From a virus (lineage: Duplodnaviria; Heunggongvirae; Uroviricota; Caudoviricetes), in IMG/VR virus record IMGVR_UViG_3300032293_000813, positions 87,000 through 150,999 of that record: DNA of 64,000 nucleotides; one strand, given 5' to 3'. Below the pieces are notes generated by a model. It was not told where the DNA came from. It worked only from the letters and a program-made list of their open reading frames with translations, and did not search any database. Below are positions 56,779 to 64,000 of this stretch, piece by piece (positions within the stretch are counted from its first letter, which is position 1; each line of letters opens with the position of its first letter). The translations under genes were made by a program, and so were the position numbers.

Positions 56779-57108
56779 ATGGACGGAAACAAAAAAGAAT
56801 TTATAGAACTTTCAGAAGCAGAATTATTCCAACTGCCTGAAGCCGAGTTCTTTGCTTACTTAGATGCCAAAGCCGCTCACTTAAAACAATTCACCGTCCC
56901 ATTAGGGGAGTATCACACTAAACAATTCCTCTCTCAGACAGTTGGTGATAAGTTAACTACCAAAGAATTAAAACGGGCTAAAGAGATTGGTAAGGTAGGT
57001 GATATAGAACGCTCTGATAACATTCGTAAGGCAGTAGAGAAATTAGACCTTAAGCCTGTAGACCTCGGAGTTAAAGTTAAAAAGCGTGGTGGTGGTTGGG
57101 TAGATTAG
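56779..57108 (+). CDS. hypothetical protein
   Basis: ORF, 3 nt after the previous one. Confidence 0.45.
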   Translation: MDGNKKEFIELSEAELFQLPEAEFFAYLDAKAAHLKQFTVPLGEYHTKQFLSQTVGDKLTTKELKRAKEIGKVGDIERSDNIRKAVEKLDLKPVDLGVKVKKRGGGWVD

Positions 57109-57110
57109 AC

Positions 57111-57173
57111 GTTTACATTTGTTACATATTGTTACATATCTGTCCACATTTGTAAACTATTTATCCACATTTT
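57111..57173. repeat. tandem GTTACAT(A/T) and TCCACATTT repeats
   Basis: gtttacatttgttacatattgttacatatctgtccacatttgtaaactatttatccacatttt; further ccacttt x3 at 57228-57265. Confidence 0.5.
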
Positions 57174-57628
57174 CCCATAGGGTCGTGTGTAAAAAAAATT
57201 TGTTTATGTGCGAGTATGTATGTATATCCACTTTTTCCCACTTTCCTCCACTTTTTCACCTTAGTTATAGAAATAAGAAATTACCACTTAAGTGTATAAT
57301 TCAGAATATTACACGCTAAGACCACTTAGGTAGTATCGATATATTAGGTGTATAAAAGGAATATATTCTGCTCAATCCGTACTCTCACCGAATAATTTTC
57401 TGTTCATTGTGGCTTATACCGAAATTATCTATTCCATCTCCATCCCTTTCTCTTACCTCTTAATAGAAGGTAAAGAGACCCTATTGTGAATACCCCTAAA
57501 AATAGTGGTACATTGTGTAATACCATAGCGAGTGTACATAGTAATATCACTCCTATAAAACTTAATCCTTGCTCCATATCCGTTGTTTGTTTTAACCTCC
57601 GTATATATATCGATTGTGTTAAAAAAAG

Positions 57629-58165
57629 TTATTTTATGTAATCATCAGCTATAGCGTATAACTCCCTAACAAAATCCTTTCGGTTACGAAATCCCTCTTT
57701 ATGGGTACGATATTCTATAGTGGCCTTACCATATTCTCTTAAATCAATCCGTATCTTAGAATCCTCTAATGGTACTCTATAGATTGTGGCTTCAATTGGT
57801 ACGTTGGGTCTACTATTGGTATGGAACTCTATTATATAGTAGGACTCATTATGGAGGGTATCCGTTATAGTACCCCATTTGTAACCTCCCTCTATCTTAT
57901 GTAATCCATCTATAGTAAGTTTGGGTACTTTGGGTTGCGGGGTTTCATCACTACTACTATCTATCCTATACGTCTTATCTATACTATCAGTACTATCTAC
58001 TATATCCATACTATCATCATCATAGGTACTCCATAGTTTTTTTAACTCTTCTAATGTAGTATCCATAGTAGGGTCTAATCTATCCTTTCTATTACCTATA
58101 CCTAATATACTCAGTACACTCTTATACTTACTATACTCTGTATCTATACTATCTTTCTCTTCCAT
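57629..58165 (-). CDS. hypothetical protein
   Basis: ORF. Confidence 0.4.
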   Translation of the reverse strand: MEEKDSIDTEYSKYKSVLSILGIGNRKDRLDPTMDTTLEELKKLWSTYDDDSMDIVDSTDSIDKTYRIDSSSDETPQPKVPKLTIDGLHKIEGGYKWGTITDTLHNESYYIIEFHTNSRPNVPIEATIYRVPLEDSKIRIDLREYGKATIEYRTHKEGFRNRKDFVRELYAIADDYIK

Positions 58166-58255
58166 ACTATACTATGTCTTTTTTACTGAATTATTTTTAG
58201 TGTCCGCGAACGAAGTGAGTATGCCGCAATGGTGGTGATTTGGGTTATCCCCCCA

Positions 58256-58600
58256 TTATATCCATCCCCTTTCGGTTAGTACGTTCATAAACCTGTCCAA
58301 CAGCTCTGCGGGGTTTTCTAATGTTTGAGACCCTATCCACACCTTACCATTCTCACTCTTATCACCCTCATTATTGCTTACCTCTACTATCACACACTCT
58401 TCATCATCAATCTCTCTATGTACTATAACTGCTCCTAAACTCCCTATCCGTATGGCATAGAAACTCTCTCCCTCCATTGTATCCGCTCTATCTACCCCTA
58501 CTCCTATCTTATCCCAATTCGCTATGGTTAATCTCCTACTGCTACCAATAGAGCCGCTAGGGTTATTAGTACCCATAGTGCTAAGTTTCGTTTTTCCCAT
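58256..58600 (-). CDS. hypothetical protein
   Basis: ORF. Confidence 0.4.
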   Translation of the reverse strand: MGKTKLSTMGTNNPSGSIGSSRRLTIANWDKIGVGVDRADTMEGESFYAIRIGSLGAVIVHREIDDEECVIVEVSNNEGDKSENGKVWIGSQTLENPAELLDRFMNVLTERGWI

Positions 58601-58607
58601 TTACTCA

Positions 58608-59261
58608 TTATATTAATTCTCCTTTTAATCTCTTATCGAAATACTCCGCCATTGCCTTATGACCGGCAAATGAGTAGTGTGAATCATCTATAGGAGAGAC
58701 GTGTCTTATTTTCTCTATGTTCCTACTTACTTCATCGTGGATATACCATTGGATTACTTCTATTCCCCTACGTTGGAGTGTTTCTTTTAAAAAACTGAAT
58801 CTCTTAACCATCCTTTCTTTCCATAGTGGATGCTCTCCAAATCTTAACTGATACTCTACTATGATATTCCTATCCTCTATACTCATTGTGTTCACTCCTG
58901 TCACTGCTCCCATTACTTCTCCTCCCACTTCTAATATACTAAGTAGTGGTAACCATCTATCTCCTACGGGTATATCTCTTCTACCCCATATAGTTGCACC
59001 AATTATTACTATATCACCACTCTTTATATTTTTATTGTTGTCCAACACCGAATCAAATATGTACTCATTACTAGCTCCACACAATCCTAAGTTTCTAGTC
59101 TTCATTCCCTTCCACTCACCTAACCACTCTAACCATATCTTATCCCCCTCTCTTTTATACTCATTGTAGTATTCGAGTAACGGTCCATCGGGTCTACATC
59201 CGTGTCCAAAGGTTAAACTATCTCCAAATCCCCATATTGTACTCATGCTCATAACTATCAA
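58608..59261 (-). CDS. SGNH/GDSL hydrolase paralog 4
   Basis: N-terminal TIWGFGDSLTFGHGC. Confidence 0.5.
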   Translation of the reverse strand: MIVMSMSTIWGFGDSLTFGHGCRPDGPLLEYYNEYKREGDKIWLEWLGEWKGMKTRNLGLCGASNEYIFDSVLDNNKNIKSGDIVIIGATIWGRRDIPVGDRWLPLLSILEVGGEVMGAVTGVNTMSIEDRNIIVEYQLRFGEHPLWKERMVKRFSFLKETLQRRGIEVIQWYIHDEVSRNIEKIRHVSPIDDSHYSFAGHKAMAEYFDKRLKGELI

Positions 59262-59357
59262 TAAATCTTATCTCCAAAATTTTTTTCCGGCGAAGGACAA
59301 AGGGAAACGATATACCCCCAACCCCCGCCCCTTCGGTTTATCCTATTGGGTTAGTTA

Positions 59358-59627
59358 TCATATACCCTCATCCGGATACCAACCATACTCATCCTTATCT
59401 ATACTCTTAGATTTGGGTTTTCTTCTATGCTTAATGAACCAATAGGTATGAATACATAGTACACACGCATTAACTAATATAGTAGGCCCTGCCCATATCC
59501 CTATACCATATATTATCCATACTATACTACCTATAGAGTTTACTACCCTTAGTTTGAACATATCCTCTATGGTGAACGATATGAGTATTAATGCTGTCCC
59601 AATATATCCTATTATGTCTATTATCAT
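59358..59627 (-). CDS. small membrane protein (3 TM)
   Basis: Hydrophobic ORF. Confidence 0.4.
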   Translation of the reverse strand: MIIDIIGYIGTALILISFTIEDMFKLRVVNSIGSIVWIIYGIGIWAGPTILVNACVLCIHTYWFIKHRRKPKSKSIDKDEYGWYPDEGI

Positions 59628-59631
59628 TATA

Positions 59632-59952
59632 TTATTGTGTTAAACATTTCCAGCATAATCCATCCTCTCCCAAAAGATTAGAACACTTCGGGCATATATC
59701 ATTCCTATAAGATTCTAAGCTAGGTAACCCACTATACTCACATAGTAGATTCTTATCCAACGATTGAATATAAGTAGTTCCATCTTCTAATGGAAATGTT
59801 TTAATTAATTCTTGCTCTCTATTCACCCTAATCTTCGTTATGTGGCTTACCATTCGTATAATGCCATGCCGAACCACTTGGATATGCGTATGTGGTTGAT
59901 GTACTTCCAAACCCAAATGGTGGATTAGCAATTGTAATTGAACCACCCACAT
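59632..59952 (-). CDS. hypothetical protein with C-terminal CPKC...CWKC (overlaps next ORF; start uncertain)
   Basis: ORF; 125-nt overlap with 59828..60214. Confidence 0.3.
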   Translation of the reverse strand: MWVVQLQLLIHHLGLEVHQPHTHIQVVRHGIIRMVSHITKIRVNREQELIKTFPLEDGTTYIQSLDKNLLCEYSGLPSLESYRNDICPKCSNLLGEDGLCWKCLTQ

Positions 59953-60214
59953 TAGGTGTTGTTGTTATTGTTGTCCCAGATGAACCACTACCACAATTTA
60001 TTTGATATGGGTTATATGGGTTATATGGTTGGATAAATGGTAATGTTTGTATTGGTGCAGTATTAGGAACTCCAAATGGAAATCCTATTGGTTCTTCATC
60101 CTTAACCTCTGCTAATTTATCTTTTAACACATCCCATTGTTTTGGAGTGATGTTAAATTCATGTACTCCGTCTGTAAATCCTTTTAACCAAAGGACAAAT
60201 TCTTTTGATGTCAT
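59828..60214 (-). CDS. hypothetical protein with Gly/Ser/Thr/Pro-rich low-complexity C-terminus
   Basis: ORF. Confidence 0.4.
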   Translation of the reverse strand: MTSKEFVLWLKGFTDGVHEFNITPKQWDVLKDKLAEVKDEEPIGFPFGVPNTAPIQTLPFIQPYNPYNPYQINCGSGSSGTTITTTPNVGGSITIANPPFGFGSTSTTYAYPSGSAWHYTNGKPHNED

Positions 60215-60220
60215 ATTGTT

Positions 60221-60580
60221 TTATTTAATTATTCCGTGTTGTGTCGGTTTTCCATTTTCATCAACCGCTACGAATACTATCTTATCTATTCTGATAATAG
60301 TTTTCTTTGTATCCTTGTTCCGCACTTCACATGCTATCGTTACCGATGTGTTACCAAATTGTACTAACTCACATCCCATCTCTACGATATCACCCAACTT
60401 AGCAGATGAAACGAAGTTCACCTCACTCATTGCTTTAGTAACTATACTTCGGGTACCCAATTGACATATACAAAAGATTGCCGCTTCCTCATCAATCCAT
60501 TTCAATACCTGTCCACCGAATAGAGTTCCCCTCGCATTAAGGTCTTCGTATTTGATTAGTTTGCGTGTTCTGAAATTCAT
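60221..60580 (-). CDS. hotdog-fold acyl-CoA thioesterase (YciA/4HBT-like)
   Basis: LNARGTLFGGQVLKWIDEEAAIFC matches the YciA signature. Confidence 0.6.
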   Translation of the reverse strand: MNFRTRKLIKYEDLNARGTLFGGQVLKWIDEEAAIFCICQLGTRSIVTKAMSEVNFVSSAKLGDIVEMGCELVQFGNTSVTIACEVRNKDTKKTIIRIDKIVFVAVDENGKPTQHGIIK

Positions 60581-60581
60581 A

Positions 60582-60833
60582 CTATACTACTGAATACTCT
60601 TTTACCTTTGTAATATTAAAGCTTCTCCATCCACCTTTCTCCAAATCGAATACGGTGATGTTATCAGATGTGTTACCACCTGCTGATTCTGTCTTAGGAT
60701 GATTCTCTTCTGGAATTAAATCCATCCACTTAGTACATTTCATTACTCTATCTGTGCCATCCGCCTTTGTGAATGTTACACTTACAGGTCCGGCTACTAA
60801 CAATTCAATTAGTTCTGTTTTATTGATTTCCAT
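60582..60833 (-). CDS. hypothetical small protein
   Basis: ORF tiling. Confidence 0.35.
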   Translation of the reverse strand: MEINKTELIELLVAGPVSVTFTKADGTDRVMKCTKWMDLIPEENHPKTESAGGNTSDNITVFDLEKGGWRSFNITKVKEYSVV

Positions 60834-60835
60834 AA

Positions 60836-61111
60836 TTATTTATTTTCTTTTTTATTAGTTACATTATTTTGTTCTCTCATTATATCCATCATTACTTCAA
60901 AAACTGGAATTTGGTAATGTGCCGCTGCCTTATCTATTTCTTCTTTCGGAAATGATTTAGCAAATATATCTTCATCATTGTAGTCCACCAACCAATAATC
61001 ATCAGCTTCGTCAGGATGTACATCTATATATGCCTCTATCTCTCTGATAACGCCTTCTGCATCTTCAGGTGATAATTCATGTGGTATAAACCATTTTTGT
61101 TGCTCTTCCAT
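60836..61111 (-). CDS. hypothetical small acidic protein
   Basis: ORF tiling. Confidence 0.35.
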   Translation of the reverse strand: MEEQQKWFIPHELSPEDAEGVIREIEAYIDVHPDEADDYWLVDYNDEDIFAKSFPKEEIDKAAAHYQIPVFEVMMDIMREQNNVTNKKENK

Positions 61112-61119
61112 ATTATGTT

Positions 61120-61557
61120 TTATTTTATAATTGAAATTGAATTTATTGTATCCATTGGTCGGATAGCATCAATCACATCTAATCCTTCAATAACTTTACC
61201 GAAGCAGGTATGATTACCATCTAAGTGTGCAGTACCCGCTCTACTATGACAGATAAAGAATTGAGAACCTCCGGTGTTTCGACCAGCGTGTGCCATACTT
61301 AACACACCTCTATCATGAAACTGATTTGGCGCTGATACCTCACATTGAATTGTATAACCAGGCCCACCTGTTCCGTTTTTATTTGGGCATCCACCCTGAA
61401 TTACAAAGTTAGGTAATACTCTATGGAAATTTAATCCATCGTAAAATCCTTCTCCGATTAATTTTTTAAAGTTATTAACTGTGTTTGGTGTTTGAGTATC
61501 ATATAACTCTGCAATCATCACACCTTTCGCGGTGTCTATTTGTACTTTTGTTGCCAT
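61120..61557 (-). CDS. cyclophilin-type peptidyl-prolyl cis-trans isomerase
   Basis: FHRVLPNFVIQGG, GGSQFFI and HLDGNHTCFGKV cyclophilin motifs. Confidence 0.9.
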   Translation of the reverse strand: MATKVQIDTAKGVMIAELYDTQTPNTVNNFKKLIGEGFYDGLNFHRVLPNFVIQGGCPNKNGTGGPGYTIQCEVSAPNQFHDRGVLSMAHAGRNTGGSQFFICHSRAGTAHLDGNHTCFGKVIEGLDVIDAIRPMDTINSISIIK

Positions 61558-61573
61558 ATTATTGTTTTTTATT

Positions 61574-61843
61574 TTATACTACTTCAACGGTTAGGTCATT
61601 ATCTATTAACCTCTCCGCCATTTTAATCATTTCATCCAATCCACCACTCTTCACTTTACACTTACCACTATTATGTACTATCATTGCACATTGTTCTGCC
61701 TGATGAGATGAATGACCACATATTCCAACTAAACATGCTATCACATGCTGAAATGAATTAACCTCATCATTGTATAATATTAATACAGAGATATCAGTTT
61801 CTTTTTCTTTAGTTTCTACCTTATCTTTTAAATCAGTCTGCAT
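61574..61843 (-). CDS. clpS: ClpS-like ATP-dependent Clp protease adaptor
   Basis: VLILYNDEVNSFQHVIACLVGICGHSSHQAEQCAMIVHNSGKCKV aligns with ClpS [42 protein letters not shown]. Confidence 0.65.
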   Translation of the reverse strand: MQTDLKDKVETKEKETDISVLILYNDEVNSFQHVIACLVGICGHSSHQAEQCAMIVHNSGKCKVKSGGLDEMIKMAERLIDNDLTVEVV

Positions 61844-62045
61844 TTGTTCTGTTTATATGTTTTATATGCTCATCAGCCGCATCACATTTTGCCTTATACA
61901 TCTTTCGAATTATACTACCCAATTCCGAATCTGTTATATTCGTATCTATTATAATCTCTTTACGAACCGTCAATGTTTCTTTTGATTCAGAAGCCATTTC
62001 TATCATTTGTTTCTGATAGATTTTGGTGTAATCGATTTTAGTCAT
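61833..62045 (-). CDS. hypothetical small protein
   Basis: ORF tiling. Confidence 0.35.
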   Translation of the reverse strand: MTKIDYTKIYQKQMIEMASESKETLTVRKEIIIDTNITDSELGSIIRKMYKAKCDAADEHIKHINRTNAD

Positions 62046-62210
62046 TTATGATGCTTTATGTGCTGTTAAAAAATAATGTTCTCTTGCATTATTCAATCTC
62101 TCAATAAATCTTCTGTTTTCTATTTTGGTTGTATCCCACATTGTAGATACTTTTAATTCTTTTGCCCACTCATTGAATGTAATCTCAAATCTACTTTTTT
62201 CCTTTTTCAT
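62046..62210 (-). CDS. hypothetical small protein (54 aa; below ORF-track cutoff)
   Basis: MKKEKSRFEITFNEWAKELKVSTMWDTTKIENRRFIERLNNAREHYFLTAHKAS fills the gap exactly between neighbours. Confidence 0.35.
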   Translation of the reverse strand: MKKEKSRFEITFNEWAKELKVSTMWDTTKIENRRFIERLNNAREHYFLTAHKAS

Positions 62211-62213
62211 ATT

Positions 62214-63107
62214 CTATTTGTTTATAAATGGTAAAATTGCTAATTCTTTTCCTTTTGCTTCAACCATAACATCTAAATCTAATCCATAGGTGTTTGGTAG
62301 TGAGTTAATATAGATTGAATGAGCTTGTGGCTTTTCCTTTGGATTGTTTTCGTGCAATGCTTTTGATTCAGAGTAATGAACTTCTTGCTTAATCCCTTCC
62401 GGCCAAGTTGTAGCTGCTAATTTAAGTGCTTGCTCTTCGGATAAATCACCGGTACAAAATTGATGATGGTGGTAATCGAATACAATAGGTATGCCTGTAT
62501 TTTGATGGATATAGATAAGGTCTTTAACTGAATACATAGATGCCTTATCATCGTTCTCCACCGTCAAACGTTTGCTTACCGATGGTGATAATCTTTTAAA
62601 ATTTTTGATAAATCTATCCATAGCAGATGCTTTATCTCCATACACACCATTACAATGAATATTGATATTGTTAAATCGTGTCTTAGATAACCCCATCATA
62701 TCGAATATCTTACCATGCAATTCTAAATCAGCAATTGCGTTCTTAACTACTTCCTCATTAGGAGAAGTTAATACAACAAATGGACCAGGATGTGAATTAA
62801 CTCTCATATTCCAAAACTTAGCAAAATCACCTGCTTTCTTTAATTCACTCTTAATCTCTTTGTAATCTTTCAATTGAGTCAAATCAATATGGTCTCCCCA
62901 CGGAACAATAGTAGATGATAATCTAAAAAGGGATATACCATTCATTCTATTCCACTCTAATATCTTAATGATATCTTTAGCGTTCAATAGAGCAAGTTCT
63001 GATACATAATCTAAACCCTTTGATTCAAAAGTACGCTTAACCATTGCTCGGTTAGTAGTTACCTTCTTACCCATACTCATATTGATACAAGCGTAGCCTA
63101 AATTCAT
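62214..63107 (-). CDS. uvdE: UV DNA damage endonuclease (UvdE/UvsE family)
   Basis: LFRLSSTIVP, SHPGPFVVLTSPNEEVVKNAIADL, INIHCNGVYGDKASA, LTVENDDK, IVFDYHHH and VMVEAKGKE align with B. subtilis UvsE. Confidence 0.85.
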   Translation of the reverse strand: MNLGYACINMSMGKKVTTNRAMVKRTFESKGLDYVSELALLNAKDIIKILEWNRMNGISLFRLSSTIVPWGDHIDLTQLKDYKEIKSELKKAGDFAKFWNMRVNSHPGPFVVLTSPNEEVVKNAIADLELHGKIFDMMGLSKTRFNNINIHCNGVYGDKASAMDRFIKNFKRLSPSVSKRLTVENDDKASMYSVKDLIYIHQNTGIPIVFDYHHHQFCTGDLSEEQALKLAATTWPEGIKQEVHYSESKALHENNPKEKPQAHSIYINSLPNTYGLDLDVMVEAKGKELAILPFINK

Positions 63108-63469
63108 ATTAACTCTTTTACGTTTACTAATATACCCAATGAGGTATTGTTATCTCCACCTTTAACTCCCATTCTAGCCTTACCACTTCTAACTAATTCT
63201 TTTAGCTTCCGCTTAAGTTCCTCTTTCGCTATGATAATTGCTCGGTGTTCACTTACCTTATACACCCAATAATCTGCTTCGGATGTTCGGATGCCTGATT
63301 TCTTACCTCTACTCTCATACTCAATATAGACATTACCTGTCTGTTCGGTTAATCTATCTGTTTTAACCTCAACCTTAGAATTAGTAACTATATTGTGAAA
63401 CCAGCTCTCACCTTCCACAACACCAAACTCTAAATCATATCTGAAGTCTGAATTGAATTCCATATACAA
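63104..63469 (-). CDS. hypothetical protein
   Basis: ORF tiling. Confidence 0.4.
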   Translation of the reverse strand: MYMEFNSDFRYDLEFGVVEGESWFHNIVTNSKVEVKTDRLTEQTGNVYIEYESRGKKSGIRTSEADYWVYKVSEHRAIIIAKEELKRKLKELVRSGKARMGVKGGDNNTSLGILVNVKELI

Positions 63470-63498
63470 ATATACGAAAATATACCCACATTTCCAAA

Positions 63499-63528
63499 TA
63501 AAAAACCCTCAATTTTTAGGTTGAGGGT
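63499..63528 (-). terminator. rho-independent terminator after groEL
   Basis: Minus strand CCCTCAAC-loop-TTGAGGG followed by TTTTTTATTT. Confidence 0.55.
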
Positions 63529-63537
63529 CTTAATTTA

Positions 63538-64000
63538 TTACATTCCAAATCCACCTCCAGGAGGCATCATTGGTGTATCCTTCTCTTCTTTCTTCACACC
63601 GATAACACACTCAGTTGTTAACAATAGAGATGCAATACTTGCTGCGTTCTCTAAAGCCAAACGGGTTACCTTAGTTGGGTCAATGATTCCGGCAAAAACC
63701 ATATCAACATACTCTTCAGTTCTTGCATTGTAACCATAGTTGCCTACACTACCCTTAACCTCATTGATTACTACTTCAGCAGAACCTCCACCATTTTGAA
63801 CAATAGTTCTTAGAGGTGCTTCTAATGCCTTCTTAATAATCTGAACACCGGTAATGTAATCAGTATCTTGTCCGGTTAAATCTATCTTAGTTATATCTTC
63901 TAATGCAGTTAGTGCTCTGATTAAAGCTACTCCACCACCAGGAACAATACCTTCAGCTACCGCTGCTCTTGTTGCGTGTAATGCATCATCTACTCTATCC
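63538..64000 (-). CDS. groEL: chaperonin GroEL, C-terminal part (5' end beyond window edge)
   Basis: Minus-strand translation ends ...[25 protein letters not shown] with upstream [28 protein letters not shown], the canonical GroEL C-terminal region with a Gly/Met tail. Confidence 0.9.
   Translation of the reverse strand, partial: DRVDDALHATRAAVAEGIVPGGGVALIRALTALEDITKIDLTGQDTDYITGVQIIKKALEAPLRTIVQNGGGSAEVVINEVKGSVGNYGYNARTEEYVDMVFAGIIDPTKVTRLALENAASIASLLLTTECVIGVKKEEKDTPMMPPGGGFGM

Noticed and set aside
1577-62865. Plus-strand ORFs from the six-frame track that lie inside minus-strand genes (e.g. 1577-1834, 2252-2461, 2982-3173, 3345-3794, 13553-13906, 14613-14891, 19137-19478, 26401-26700, 28266-28472, 39953-40300, 47252-47473, 58861-59169, 60147-60464, 62662-62865)
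   Set aside because: Each is fully embedded antisense within a longer, better-supported minus-strand CDS that shows recognisable protein motifs, and translates to low-complexity hydrophobic strings typical of AT-rich antisense frames; 544-726(+) likewise lies inside the carbamoyltransferase gene.
1-64000. CRISPR arrays, rRNA genes, integrase/transposase or other mobile elements
   Set aside because: No regularly spaced direct repeats with unique spacers, no rRNA-like conserved segments and no recombinase motifs were seen; the only repeats are the promoter cassette and short tandem motifs described above.

Overview
This window looks like a ~64-kb stretch of a large virulent phage (myovirus-like) genome. 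Evidence: about 115 short, tightly tiled CDSs, almost all on the minus strand with overlapping stop/start codons, and no rRNA, CRISPR or integrase. It encodes a homologue of the T4 gp55 late sigma factor, PhoH, an AAA+ ATPase, two orphan amino-DNA methyltransferases and a UvdE endonuclease, consistent with a T4-like accessory region. The AT-richness and a repeated TAnnTTTa-like -7 element suggest a Bacteroidetes (Flavobacteriia-type) host, but that is inference. Six things stand out. (1) A ~11-kb tailoring island (14.1-25 kb, plus a carbamoyltransferase at the left edge) holding an AGAT-family L-arginine amidinotransferase, a GAMT-like N-methyltransferase, an APS kinase, two sulfotransferases, a tryptophan-halogenase-family flavin halogenase, 3-5 2OG-Fe(II) oxygenases and an RmlC-like cupin; this is the enzyme logic of guanidino-metabolite pathways (creatine, or saxitoxin/cylindrospermopsin tailoring) and is unusual for a phage. 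(2) A complete phage-encoded tmRNA (ssrA) at 12189-12557. (3) A proteostasis set: ClpS adaptor, cyclophilin PPIase, GroEL, Hsp20 and a catalytically degenerate peptide-deformylase-like protein. (4) Five consecutive genes (39.9-43.1 kb) whose products share an N-terminal MI(R/K)LxxILSE decapeptide, resembling T4 capsid-targeting sequences cut by the prohead protease; two of them and one further gene are HExxH zincin paralogs. (5) A tandem array of about 10 diverged ~100-aa paralogs (MLTIKNY N-termini) inside a seemingly GC-richer island (about 50-59 kb). That island also holds a short plus-strand operon flanked by iteron-like repeats and TGTTACATA arrays. (6) A ~100-bp three-block intergenic promoter cassette present in at least 9 copies. 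Two truncated genes run off the window edges: the carbamoyltransferase on the left and GroEL on the right.
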